A DNA stretch of 64,000 nucleotides from an uncultured Verrucomicrobiae bacterium (GCA_963812605.1 CAWEWF010000014.1:672001-736000); one strand, 5' to 3'. Shown: positions 43,703 to 56,327, numbered from the stretch's first letter. Notes: generated by a model from the letters alone, not told the origin. Program-made: numbers and translations.

Positions 43703-44060
43703 GGAATCTCCTTCTGCAGCCGATATTCGACGATCGCCAACGGGTTCGCAGCCTATCGTGTTCGGACAGGACTGACAAGCTGGCAACTCAGGACGGCACG
43801 TGCAACCCATGGGGCACCGTTGGCAAAAGCAGAGTTTTTTGGCTATCGGACGAGGATTTGGGACCTTTCTCTCTGTATCTTCCTCAATACCAACTACCTT
43901 GTAAGCCAATAAAAATAAGGCCTGTGAGGTACACCAGCCCTTGAATTACCTCTTTCCCTGTGCTACATATCAGGGCTCACACGTTCCCCGCTTTCATGGG
44001 GATGGGGAATGCGAGGAGTGACGTATTAGGGTTACGTAATTAGGGAAAACAGGGAGAAGT

Positions 44061-44867
44061 ATGGGTATTCAAAAAGTTGTACGGGGTGGGGTATTTCGTG
44101 TTTTTGCCGCAGCGCTCTTTTTGCCGGTAGCGGCTCTTGCCGACACCATCAGCGGAACTGCCGGGGCCGCCTTTCAGAACTGGACAGCCGCCGATCTCAA
44201 TCAAAACGGCAAGCCGTATTGGGACAACACGTCCCTCGACGGAAACGATATGAACGTCGGCTACTTCCTGACCGACGCGCCAACGGCCCCGCTCGCGGGC
44301 GCGCCTGGTGCGCTGCCGTTTTGGGGCAAGTCTTTCAATCCGGTCACCGACAAGGGCGGCACTCCAGATCTGAACTTCTTCTTCCAAAAGAACTCGTCTT
44401 TTAGCATCGCCAGCTTGCAGTTGGAAGTGGCCGCGAACTCGAACATCAACGAATTCGGCTGGTATGATATCACGGCCCCGTCGGTGCTACATACGATCTT
44501 CACCGGCCCCGACGCGGCGCCCACGACCAATTCGTTCACACCCAGCGCCGAATATGGCTTCTGGTTGAAGAGCGCTGACGGCACCTACTATACGCAGTCG
44601 TCGCTGAATCCCAGCGGCGATACGAGTCATCAACACTTCGCGGTCTTCGAGCAATCCTCGACAAACGGAGCCCAGATCTATTGGCTGGGGATTGAAGACT
44701 TCAACCTGTCCGAATTCCATGGCGCCGAAGGCGGCGTAGGCGACTACAATGACATGCTCGTCCGCATCTCTGCCGCGCAGGTCCTGACTGTGCCCGAGCC
44801 GTCAACTGTGGCGTTCGTGCTGAGCGGCGCCTTGCTCATGGTTTGCAGGCAGAAACGCCGCCGGTAG
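44061..44867 (+). CDS. PEP-CTERM surface protein (DUF4114-like), copy A
   Basis: Signal peptide; [15 protein letters not shown]; VPEPST-TM-RQKRRR. Confidence 0.9.
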   Translation: MGIQKVVRGGVFRVFAAALFLPVAALADTISGTAGAAFQNWTAADLNQNGKPYWDNTSLDGNDMNVGYFLTDAPTAPLAGAPGALPFWGKSFNPVTDKGGTPDLNFFFQKNSSFSIASLQLEVAANSNINEFGWYDITAPSVLHTIFTGPDAAPTTNSFTPSAEYGFWLKSADGTYYTQSSLNPSGDTSHQHFAVFEQSSTNGAQIYWLGIEDFNLSEFHGAEGGVGDYNDMLVRISAAQVLTVPEPSTVAFVLSGALLMVCRQKRRR

Positions 44868-44908
44868 TTCCGTTCAATTAATCGAGCTTGCCGACAGCCA
44901 ACCCAGGG

Positions 44909-44938
44909 AGCCCCGACCTAAAAAGTCGGGGCTTTCCG
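44909..44938. terminator. Hairpin terminator between convergent genes
   Basis: AGCCCCGAC-CTAAAAA-GTCGGGGCTTT. Confidence 0.6.
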
Positions 44939-44969
44939 TTTCAGCCTTTGGAACGGGCTGCCGCGACAA

Positions 44970-45740
44970 CTACTTCCCGGCGGCACGCTTTCGATTCGGC
45001 TTGGCGGGGGTTTTCACGGGCTGATGCGGGATTGACAGGGCGTCGACTCCGGAGGCGCGGTAGCGCAGCCAATGAATGGCAAAGCGCGCCAGCTCTTCGC
45101 TCGTTCTCAGGTTCAGCTTCTCCTTGATGTGTTCCCGATGCGACGCGACGGTTTTGGTGCTGAGGTGCAGCCGGCGGGCGATTTCCTGGGTGGCGTAGCC
45201 GTCGCCAATCAACTGGAAAATCTCCAGCTCGCGGTTGCTCAGCCGCTGGGCAAGCGAAGTAATCTTGTCCTGGGACACATTGCCCCCGAGGCGGTTGACA
45301 ATCACATTCGTGACCTTCCCGCTCAAATAAACCTGACCGCGCAGCACCTGGCGGATCGCCTGCAGCAGCACGTCCGTTTCCTCCTGTTTCATTACATAGC
45401 CCTTGGCGCCAGCGTGCAGGCTGCGTTCGGCATAGAGGGTCTCGTCGTGCATGGACAACACGATGGTTGGCAACTGCGGATGGCGCAGCTTGATGTCCTT
45501 GATCAGCTCGATGCCGCTGCCTTCGCCCAGGGCGAGGTCCACCACGGCAATGTGGGGCCGCAACTTCTCAATCGCTGCCAAGGCGGCATTAGCATCCCGT
45601 GCCTGGCCGCAGACCTCCAGATCCGGTTCTCCATTGATGCGCTGCGCCAACCCCTCGCAAACCAGCGGGTGATCATCCACCAACAGAACTCGCTGCCGGA
45701 TGCCGGCGGTTTCTGGCTGCTTGGTCTGGGCGGCTTTCAT
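44970..45740 (-). CDS. NarL/LuxR-family response regulator
   Basis: LLVDDHP, VLSMHDE, LSNRELEIF..STKTVASHR..IKEKL; ATGA overlap with the kinase. Confidence 0.93.
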   Translation of the reverse strand: MKAAQTKQPETAGIRQRVLLVDDHPLVCEGLAQRINGEPDLEVCGQARDANAALAAIEKLRPHIAVVDLALGEGSGIELIKDIKLRHPQLPTIVLSMHDETLYAERSLHAGAKGYVMKQEETDVLLQAIRQVLRGQVYLSGKVTNVIVNRLGGNVSQDKITSLAQRLSNRELEIFQLIGDGYATQEIARRLHLSTKTVASHREHIKEKLNLRTSEELARFAIHWLRYRASGVDALSIPHQPVKTPAKPNRKRAAGK

Positions 45741-47437
45741 TTTGATTTTCGGGCGTGGCCCGGCAAGATGCAACTGATAATCGTTCCGCCGCCGCGGCAA
45801 GACGCGATCTGGAGCTTGGCGCCGATCGCGCGCGCGCGGCAATTCATGTTCTCGAAACCCATTCCCCGGCCCTCCGCCGAATCCCCGGACAACCCGCGGC
45901 CGTTATCGACAATGCTCAACACGGTCCCTCCCCGCCGACGGTGAAGCGAGACGCAGATTTCCGTGGCCTTTCCGTGAATGATGCCATTGTGGATCGCCTC
46001 CTGCGTGATGCGGTAAAGATGAACGGCCACGCCGTGGTCGCGGATGTGGACCCGGTGATTGGATTCAAATCGGCAGGAAATCGAGAACATCGTCCCGATG
46101 GAGGACGCCAACTCATCCAGGGCCGCCACCAGACCCATGGTTCCCAGGTTCACGGGATTAAGCCCGCGGGCGATCTGGCGTGCCTGGCTGGCGGTCGCCC
46201 GGGACAGCGCGGCGATTCGCCCTGCCACGCCCGCTTCGGAGGGGGATTGGGCCGCGAGTTGCCTTTGCAGATTACTGGCGATGTAAGCAATGCCGGCCAA
46301 TTGTTGGCACAAGCCATCATGCAAATCGCGCCCGATGCGCTGTTGTTCGCGTTCGCTGATTTCCAACAATTGCCCCTCGGCGCGGCGCCGCCCCATCACC
46401 TGACCAATTTGGCTGCAGATATCCTTGAGCAGTTGCAGCAAATGTTTGTCGGGAGGCAAGACGCGGCGGCTGAAAACCGTGATGACTCCCAGCACTTCCT
46501 GGTTCAGCCGGATCGGAAAGGCAAAGACCGTCCGCAGTCCATACTTGTCAGCGGCCCGCGTTCGTTGCGGCGCCGGCTGCTGGGAAACGTCCTCAATCCA
46601 GAGCGGCTGGTTGCGCGCCCAAACGGAGCCGGGGATTCCTTCGCCGCGCGCAAAGCCCAGATCCTTCGTGGCGCGCTCCACGCGGGGCAGCCGCTGCGAG
46701 GCGGGATGCCAGGTTTGGGCGCAGCGCAAGACATTTGCTGCCGGATCCACCCTCCAAAGCTCGCCCCAGTCGCAACCCAGGTTCTCACAAATGGCCCGAA
46801 AAATTTTCGGGCCGGCCTCGGACAAAGTATAGGATTCGGCGAGCGCATCCGTGGTGGCCTGTTGCGCGCGCAACCGCTGCTGGGCGCGCCGCATCTCGGT
46901 GACATCCTGGGCCAACAATAGAACGATCCGCCTTCCTCGCAAGGGGATCAGAGCCGCGTCGATTTCGACGTTGATAAAGCCGCCATCCTTACGGCGATGG
47001 CGAAACACGTTGTCGTGCCCGTTGTTGGCAACACCGCGCGGCGAAGATAATCCCTGGCAGTACTTCCTGAAGCCCGCCAGAGATTCCGGTGCGCTCAGGT
47101 CCGTCACTTTCATTTGGTGGAACTCGGACCGCGAATACTTGTAGCGGCGGATGGTTGCCTCATTCACCGCCAGGATGCGCAGGGTCCGGGCATCGCAGAC
47201 AAAGCGCGGTTGTGGCAGCTTCACAAACAGGAGCCGATGCAGTTCCTCCGCTTCCGACAAAGTTTGGAGCGCCTCTTGCGTCCGGGTCAGGGCTTCCGCA
47301 ACCCACTCGAATCCCTGCTTTTCATCCAAACGCTCGACACGTCCCCGATTACGGCCAAAAGGAAGGAGAGACGGAAGCTTTGTTTTCAAAGCCAACGCCG
47401 ACCGCTTCGTATCTACTCGCATCGAGGCGCCCGCCAT
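45737..47437 (-). CDS. Cytoplasmic PAS-GAF HisKA_3 sensor kinase
   Basis: PAS (VNEATIRRY..HRRKDG), GAF (GEGIPGSVW), EQQRIGRDLHDGLCQQL, QEAIHN, DNGRG; no TM segment. Confidence 0.92.
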   Translation of the reverse strand: MAGASMRVDTKRSALALKTKLPSLLPFGRNRGRVERLDEKQGFEWVAEALTRTQEALQTLSEAEELHRLLFVKLPQPRFVCDARTLRILAVNEATIRRYKYSRSEFHQMKVTDLSAPESLAGFRKYCQGLSSPRGVANNGHDNVFRHRRKDGGFINVEIDAALIPLRGRRIVLLLAQDVTEMRRAQQRLRAQQATTDALAESYTLSEAGPKIFRAICENLGCDWGELWRVDPAANVLRCAQTWHPASQRLPRVERATKDLGFARGEGIPGSVWARNQPLWIEDVSQQPAPQRTRAADKYGLRTVFAFPIRLNQEVLGVITVFSRRVLPPDKHLLQLLKDICSQIGQVMGRRRAEGQLLEISEREQQRIGRDLHDGLCQQLAGIAYIASNLQRQLAAQSPSEAGVAGRIAALSRATASQARQIARGLNPVNLGTMGLVAALDELASSIGTMFSISCRFESNHRVHIRDHGVAVHLYRITQEAIHNGIIHGKATEICVSLHRRRGGTVLSIVDNGRGLSGDSAEGRGMGFENMNCRARAIGAKLQIASCRGGGTIISCILPGHARKSK

Positions 47438-47609
47438 CCCTTTTCTCCAAGTACGCCATTAGATTAACCGAGGCTGGGCAGATTGCAAGTCTAATGCGGC
47501 GCCGCTACGACCCTGTATGCCAGTAGTTTGCGGCGTTACGGGGGTGAAAAGAATTTGAGAGCGAAGAGGGGTTTCCCCAGCGGCGGAAAGCACAGCAGCC
47601 GCCGGCGCC

Positions 47610-48011
47610 CTATCGCCTGGGCTTGGAGTGATGATTATCGTCCGGAGAGGATCCCTGCAGATCGCGCAAGGAGACGATTCCCACGAGATGTTTCCGCCGA
47701 TTCAATACGGGCAATCGGCGGAGTTGCCACCGCTGCATCAGATCAGCGGCTTCATTGACATTTTGGCCTTCGCGGCCGCAAATGGCCGGGAACATCATCA
47801 CTTCGCGCACCTGGCTGGTCCGCGGGTCGCAACCCTGGGCCGTCGCCCGCACCGTCAAGTCCCGCGCGGTCAACAGCCCCACGATTTTTCGTCCCTCGCA
47901 AACCGGCAGCATACTGACATTGTAAACACTCATCTTGCGCGCGGCTTCCTGCAACAGCGTATCCGGGGCAACCACCGCGACGCTTCTTTTCATGACGTTT
48001 TTGAGCTGCAT
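47610..48011 (-). CDS. CBS-domain protein
   Basis: LQEAARKM..LPVCEG..VGLLTARDL; RRLPVL..LVGIVSLRDL. Confidence 0.9.
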   Translation of the reverse strand: MQLKNVMKRSVAVVAPDTLLQEAARKMSVYNVSMLPVCEGRKIVGLLTARDLTVRATAQGCDPRTSQVREVMMFPAICGREGQNVNEAADLMQRWQLRRLPVLNRRKHLVGIVSLRDLQGSSPDDNHHSKPRR

Positions 48012-48368
48012 GGCGCTGGTCAGTCGGCTCCGTGAGGAAGAGGACGCAAGGCGCGAGCACGATGATCGCTGGCGATGCGAACAACAACGCGGTCTATATT
48101 GCCACCTGTCATCTTTATCCTACTTGGCGTGCGGCTACTTTACCCGGCTGTTCGGGTTGGCACAATAGAACCCGGACTGTTTTATGGTTCGGAGGATATC
48201 CCATCCCCCCTCAGCCGATCTCCCATGGGAAAACCGTCTTCGCACCGATTGTGGAGACGCGCTCCTTGGCGTAGAAAGAGGAGCGTAAGAACAATCATGA
48301 ACCCAGAGCTACAACGAACCGAAAACCAGAAGGCCGATGAAGGATTGACCGGCCTGGTTGGAAGATTT

Positions 48369-48718
48369 TCAGATGTGGCCGAAACCGGGGCATCAGCGGC
48401 GTTAGTATCGGATCCTCCCCGTGCAATAAACTCGCTTCGTGTTTTGTCGCTTCTCCAAGTGCAAGACACCCTCACCACATTGCACAAACTCGCACCGAGC
48501 TACCGCCAGCTGATGCCCCTCCGGCCCTTTGTTTTTGTTCATGAAGATGAAATTTCGTCAGATGTGGCCGAAACCGGGGCATCAGCGGCGTTAGTATCGG
48601 ATCCTCCCCGTGCAATAAACTCGCTTCGTGTTTTGTCGCTTCTCCAAGTGCAGGACACCCTCACCACATTGCACAAACTCGCACCGAGCTACCGCCAGCT
48701 GATGCCCCTCCGGCCCTT
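48369..48718 (+). repeat. Two 161-bp direct repeats (48369-48529, 48558-48718); candidate rod-shaped ncRNAs
   Basis: 189-bp period with one substitution (A48464/G48653); each copy folds end-to-end (GGGGCATCAGC/GCTGATGCCCC, GTGCAAT/ATTGCAC, GTGTTTTG/CA(A/G)GACAC). Confidence 0.9.
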
Positions 48719-48919
48719 ATGGAATTGAGATCGATGAAACCTTTTCAACAATTCTCGAATGATTCAGCCAAGGTCGGGCAGATTTTGTTTTGGCTGTTCC
48801 CTTACGAGCAGAGCACATTTAATCCCCGCCGGACGCGGACAGATCGTGGCACACGCGGCGCCGCTGACGTTCGCGCATCCCAGGGGGCGCGTTCAAGAAG
48901 CATTTCGAGTCGTCAATCT

Positions 48920-49305
48920 GCAAGCTGAAGCCGGCACCAGGGAGTCAGGGGATCGGCCGGTGGAAGCTGAAGGAACACAGGTTGGGGCTGCCACTAGGGA
49001 AAAAGGGAGTGGCGGCTGCAGCCGAAGAAAGAAGTCGGCAGGCGGAAGCTGGCGGCAGGGAAACAAGGGATCTGCCAGCGGGAGCCGATGGAACGTAGGC
49101 CAAGGCGGCCACCAGGGAAAAAGGGAGTGGCCGCTACGGTCGAAAAAGAAGTCAGTCAAGTCGTCCGGCGAAAGCTGGCGCCAGGGATCGGCGCCGGCTG
49201 AAGCCGAAAAAACTCGGTGGAAACTGCCACTAGGGAAAAAGGGAGTGGCAGTTTCGGCCGACAAAAAGGAAGCCTGTCGAGTCGTCCATCGGCAGGCGGA
49301 GCCTG
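48920..49305 (+). ncRNA. Candidate multi-hairpin RNA with AGGGA loops (CsrB/RsmZ-like architecture)
   Basis: Six hairpins in three ~118-nt units; loop AGGGAAAAAGGGA at 48996, 49114 and 49232; compensatory stem changes between units. Confidence 0.65.
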
Positions 49306-49365
49306 AAGTAACAACGGCTGGACAGATGTCGATTACGTTACAACTGGCATTAAGGGCAATAGGGA

Positions 49366-50298
49366 ATGAAAACAGTTGTGCGGGGCCTCGTCGCCCTGTT
49401 GGTTTTATTTGTTGTCGGTAACGTCGCTCATGGCCTCACCTTCACCGCTACGGGTCAGGGCGACAATACCAATAAGATATTGAGCGCGTCGGTCACGTTT
49501 GCCGTCTCCGACCTGAAGCTCGTTATCACGCTCGCGAATACCGCCACCTTCGACCCGGATGATAGCGCTGACATCCTCACGGGCGTTTTTTTCACGCTGG
49601 TTGGAGACCCGCTGCTCACCCGGACATCGGCGCTGCTCGGTTCCGATACGGCGATCGAAGCCCGTTCGGGAGTGAGCGGTCCCGGTATGAATGTTGGCGG
49701 CCAGTGGGCCTATCGCAATGACTTGACCGACCTGACCAATGAACCGAACGAAGGCCTCGCCATCGCGGGCCTGAAAAACTTTAGCAAGAAACCGTATCGC
49801 TTCTCCGGCCGAAAGCTGGCCTCCCCCAGCGGTGTGCAATACGGGGTCACGACGGACTTCGATAACCTGGGCAACGATAAGGCCAGCCTCAAGCACCAAC
49901 AGCTCATTGAGAACACCGTCGTCTTTACGATGGGCGGACTACCCACGAACTTTACATTCGCGGACATCTCCAACGTCAGTTTCCAGTATGGCACGGGCCC
50001 CTCAGCCGCGGACCTCGCCGGTACGGTCAGCGGTAGTGGCGTCCCCGTGATTCCGGAGCCAAACACCATCGCGCTGGTGGCGGCGGGTTTGCTCGGGGGC
50101 GTTCATCTCAGGGCGGCGACCAAGGGTCGTCGCCCACGTTCGCGCATGCCCCGGGGCGCGCCAAACCAGCCACACTGGCGTCCGGCGGCGCAACCAAGCG
50201 CAAGAGGTTCACCCGGGGAACAATCTTTTGGATGGTCCATCGGTCAACAGAATGTAAAGGAGAATTCGCTTTCATGCGAAAAGGTCGATTCGGCATGA
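49366..50298 (+). CDS. PEP-CTERM (exosortase-dependent) surface protein; 3' end uncertain
   Basis: Signal peptide; LVITLANT..DILTGVFF..NVSFQYGT; IPEPNTIALVAAGLLG. A G-run at ~50095 may be a frameshift (LLGAFISGRRPR fits the motif better). Confidence 0.85.
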   Translation: MKTVVRGLVALLVLFVVGNVAHGLTFTATGQGDNTNKILSASVTFAVSDLKLVITLANTATFDPDDSADILTGVFFTLVGDPLLTRTSALLGSDTAIEARSGVSGPGMNVGGQWAYRNDLTDLTNEPNEGLAIAGLKNFSKKPYRFSGRKLASPSGVQYGVTTDFDNLGNDKASLKHQQLIENTVVFTMGGLPTNFTFADISNVSFQYGTGPSAADLAGTVSGSGVPVIPEPNTIALVAAGLLGGVHLRAATKGRRPRSRMPRGAPNQPHWRPAAQPSARGSPGEQSFGWSIGQQNVKENSLSCEKVDSA

Positions 50299-50404
50299 GA
50301 CGCCAGCGCACGAAGCATCGGCATTAGGATCGCAGCAACATGACAGAGAGGAAGATGGCGGATACAGGGACGCGCGCCATGAGGTTAACAAATGGGGACG
50401 GGTT

Positions 50405-51202
50405 ATGGGTATTAAACGGGTCATATGGGGAAGCGCCCTTGCCGTATCGCTCATTGTGCCGGTAGCAGCTTTTGCGGATACAATCAGCGGAACGGCCGGT
50501 GCCGGGTTTCAGAGTTGGACAGCCGCCAATCTCAATGAAAACGGCAAGCCGTATTGGGACAATCCGTCCCTCGACGGCAGCAATATGAATGTTGGGTTTT
50601 TTCTGACCGATGCGCCCACGGCCCCGCTGCCGGGCGCGCCTGGTGCGCTGCCGTTTTGGGGCAATACTTTCAGTTCGGGCGCCGACAGCGGCGGGACGCC
50701 AGATCTGAATTTTACTTTTCAAACGAACTCGGCCTTCGATGTCGCCAGCATGATCCTGGAAGTTGCCGCCAACTCCAATATCAACGAGTTCGGCTGGTAT
50801 AACATCACGGATCCGTCGGCGCTGCATCCGATCTTCGCCGGCGCCGACTCGCCGCCCGCTACTGACACGTTCGCACCGAACGGCCAGTATGGTTTCTACT
50901 TGAAAGGCAGCAACGGCACCTTCTACACGCAGTCCTCGCTGAACCCCGCCGGCGACACCTCGCACCAGCACTTCACCGTTTTCGAGCAATCCCCGACAAA
51001 GGGAGCCGAAGTTTATTGGCTGGGGATCGAAGACCTCACGGTGCACGATCAATTTGGCGGGGAAGGTGGCGCGGGTGACTACAATGACATGCTGGTCAAG
51101 ATATCGGGCGAGGCTGCGCCGGCTGTGCCGGAGCCCTCGACCGTGATGCTGGTGCTGAGCGGCGCCTTGCTCATGCTCTGCTCGCAGAAACGCCGCCGAT
51201 AG
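50405..51202 (+). CDS. PEP-CTERM surface protein (DUF4114-like), copy B
   Basis: Close paralog of 44061-44867; VPEPST-TM-QKRRR. Confidence 0.9.
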   Translation: MGIKRVIWGSALAVSLIVPVAAFADTISGTAGAGFQSWTAANLNENGKPYWDNPSLDGSNMNVGFFLTDAPTAPLPGAPGALPFWGNTFSSGADSGGTPDLNFTFQTNSAFDVASMILEVAANSNINEFGWYNITDPSALHPIFAGADSPPATDTFAPNGQYGFYLKGSNGTFYTQSSLNPAGDTSHQHFTVFEQSPTKGAEVYWLGIEDLTVHDQFGGEGGAGDYNDMLVKISGEAAPAVPEPSTVMLVLSGALLMLCSQKRRR

Positions 51203-51246
51203 ACCCGCTTTCATTCGACCTCACGCCGCTGACATCTCTGGTGACG

Positions 51247-51278
51247 AAAGCCCCGAACAGCGAACTCGGAGCTTTTTG
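51247..51278 (+). terminator. Probable intrinsic terminator
   Basis: AAAGCCCCGA...TCGGAGCTTTTT imperfect stem with T-tract. Confidence 0.5.
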
Positions 51279-51329
51279 TCTCCTCCAGCGGCTTGCCTAA
51301 GCGGGAACGGGCCGTATAATGCAGTGGCG

Positions 51330-54210
<2,881 letters not shown>

Positions 54211-54599
54211 AAGCCCTACTAAACAAATCGATTAATTGACCGTTCTCGTTGTGCCATTCTCCCGGTTAGCATGATGCATATGTTACATATGCATCCAGCG
54301 AAATCGCCTTCCGTATACTCTCCCAGCGATAGCCCAGGACAAAGCGTGGTCGCTCACGCCATAATAGATGTCACTGACATCTATTATGGAGTTGACCACA
54401 CTGGTGGCCGCAATCACAAACAAATAACGGTCGATTCGGAATGTTCAGCGGCGAGTCGGCGCATTACCCTGCCTAGCAGAGTGGACTCGGAAATTGAAAA
54501 CCAGAATGAAGAGTTGCTTTAGAGGGTCTGATGATGAGATTTGACTTTTTTCCGACCATGAGCAAGAGGCAATCAAAGGGCACGGCGAAGGAATGTGCT

Positions 54600-55226
54600 T
54601 CAGTATTGAGGATTTTTGCCGCTCGAGATCAACCACCAGTCGACAAGCCTGACTTTAGGATTCATACCACGCTCGCCCAATTTAGCATAGGCGGCGTTTA
54701 AGAAACGCCACGCGAACCTATGGTAATTTTCGTCTACATTTGGCGGAACCTGGGGCCCCCTCTGCTTGGGGAAAAATGTGAGGGCCTTTACGACTCGTGA
54801 GTCGTACAGCGGCACAATCTCATTGTGAAAATGCATATACTTTGAACAGAATGACGTGGCCTTCTTCTTGCCGCTGAGTTGTGGAGCGGTCAGTTTCACA
54901 AACCTCCCGTGAGCGGCAACGATTCGTTGCAGTTTTTCGCATGTCAGAGGTTCATCTATATCCACAATACTATTGAGTATCATGTCTATGTGAGTGTGTT
55001 GTAGACGCAAGAACTCTGCGAAGTTTTGAAGGCGCTGAGCGCCCTCGCCACCAGCTACAAGAGCCCGCGCGAGCTGCGCAGTGTATGTTCCATTGATAAT
55101 CCAGACTTTAGCAGTTACGACACCTAGATTCTCATGTGCGGGATGGCTTCGGCAGAGACAGCGAATGGTATCGTATGCTATTTGCCAACGAATATTATAG
55201 TCGCGGCACGCTTCGGCGTATGTCAT
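54600..55226 (-). CDS. Hypothetical protein with an SFCSKYMHF..PLYDSRV motif (possibly HhH-glycosylase-like)
   Basis: 208-aa ORF in a low-GC segment; GGAG upstream of the ATG. Confidence 0.65.
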   Translation of the reverse strand: MTYAEACRDYNIRWQIAYDTIRCLCRSHPAHENLGVVTAKVWIINGTYTAQLARALVAGGEGAQRLQNFAEFLRLQHTHIDMILNSIVDIDEPLTCEKLQRIVAAHGRFVKLTAPQLSGKKKATSFCSKYMHFHNEIVPLYDSRVVKALTFFPKQRGPQVPPNVDENYHRFAWRFLNAAYAKLGERGMNPKVRLVDWWLISSGKNPQY

Positions 55227-55235
55227 TGGAGTCTA

Positions 55236-55811
55236 CTACTCCGTTTTCGGCAGGTATGAAATATACCCGGCTGCCAATGTGATGCTGTAAAACTCGCCTT
55301 GTTTGAAGTTGAATCCCAATACAAGTTCGTCGTACTTGTAAAATACTGCGTGGTCTTCGATCTCATCTATGTCGATATCTTTTCGTGCGTAGGGTTCGCC
55401 TTGAATCTTCACAATCTGCCTCAGAGAGACTCCCGCCCTAATGCCGGTGTCCGTTGAGGCGTTAGCTGGCTTGAATATTCCGTGGTACGTCAAGTAGAAG
55501 GTGAAGCATTTAATTTTGCCGTCTGGGTCAACGATAACCTCTAAGCCGTCTGTCGTGTAATCCAGCACAGTGCAATTAGCAAGATAACCACCGGTTCCTA
55601 TGTTGGATCGTTCTTCTGGCGGCCCAAACTGCCTCTCAAAGTCAGAACCTTTCATGCCGAGCGTATAGAGCTTATCCCCCTCCTTGAAACCGAGTTGCCC
55701 GTGCGTGACCACAACAAGGGCCGGTGCTCCCTGAGCGCAGGCCACAAATAACGACCCAGGATATTCAATCAAGAAGCAGATCGTGAATAAGCTGAGTATT
55801 ATCTTTCTCAT
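55236..55811 (-). CDS. Secreted hypothetical protein
   Basis: N-terminal hydrophobic segment; internally repeated motifs LGMK..FGPP and IRAG..QGEP. Confidence 0.65.
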   Translation of the reverse strand: MRKIILSLFTICFLIEYPGSLFVACAQGAPALVVVTHGQLGFKEGDKLYTLGMKGSDFERQFGPPEERSNIGTGGYLANCTVLDYTTDGLEVIVDPDGKIKCFTFYLTYHGIFKPANASTDTGIRAGVSLRQIVKIQGEPYARKDIDIDEIEDHAVFYKYDELVLGFNFKQGEFYSITLAAGYISYLPKTE

Positions 55812-56086
55812 CAGCCGACATTTCCCATGTGACCTATGCCTCGCACCCATTGGAGGTCATTCAGTCTCGTTAATCAACATCGTATCATCCCTGCAAGTGC
55901 CTTCAAGCCTTTCCTGCCACTCCAAGACCGGATTCCTGACTCCGGGGAAGATGGTTTCTGCCGTCGATGCCGTTCAGCAGGAGAAAGAGGTCAGGTTTCA
56001 TCGTCAGACAATTCGTCTGACTCGGCAGGGGGACTGCTCGCGCTCGCCTAGGCGCGGCATCAGCACCACCCGCCCTCTGTCCGCAT

Positions 56087-56299
56087 CTACGCCACGCTGG
56101 CGCGGGCATCGCGGCAGGCATCCTTCATGGACACCAAGGCGCCGGTGGTTACCCGGTCCAGCGATTTGCCGCTTTGCAGGTTGCGTTGGGCCAGTTTCTC
56201 GATCTCGAGGATGTGATCGATGAGGAAGCCGCCGCCGGTGGTCGTGAAACGGAAACCTGTTTCGGTTGCTACTGCAGTGGCGTTGGATTCTTGGGTCAT
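56087..56299 (-). CDS. Small hypothetical protein
   Basis: AAAGGA RBS, then MTQESNATAVATETGFRF... Confidence 0.5.
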   Translation of the reverse strand: MTQESNATAVATETGFRFTTTGGGFLIDHILEIEKLAQRNLQSGKSLDRVTTGALVSMKDACRDARASVA

Positions 56300-56327
56300 T
56301 CGGTTCCTTTCGATCAAACGGTAAATG

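Noticed and set aside
48020-48112. 30-codon minus-strand ORF upstream of the CBS gene (MTGGNIDRVVVR...)
   Set aside because: Too short, with no motif or other support.
48075-48728. 217-aa ORF reading through the 189-bp-period repeat
   Set aside because: Openness follows from a period divisible by 3, there is no recognisable domain, and the extensive base-pairing is better explained by RNA. A protein from ATG 48297 is not fully excluded.
48920-49305. CRISPR array interpretation of the periodic repeats
   Set aside because: The invariant part is a 13-nt loop within variable stems, the intervening sequences are homologous to one another, and no cas genes are in the window.
48759-49421. 220-aa ORF across the hairpin array
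   Set aside because: Low-complexity translation; the 118-nt period shifts frame between units; it overlaps the PEP-CTERM start.
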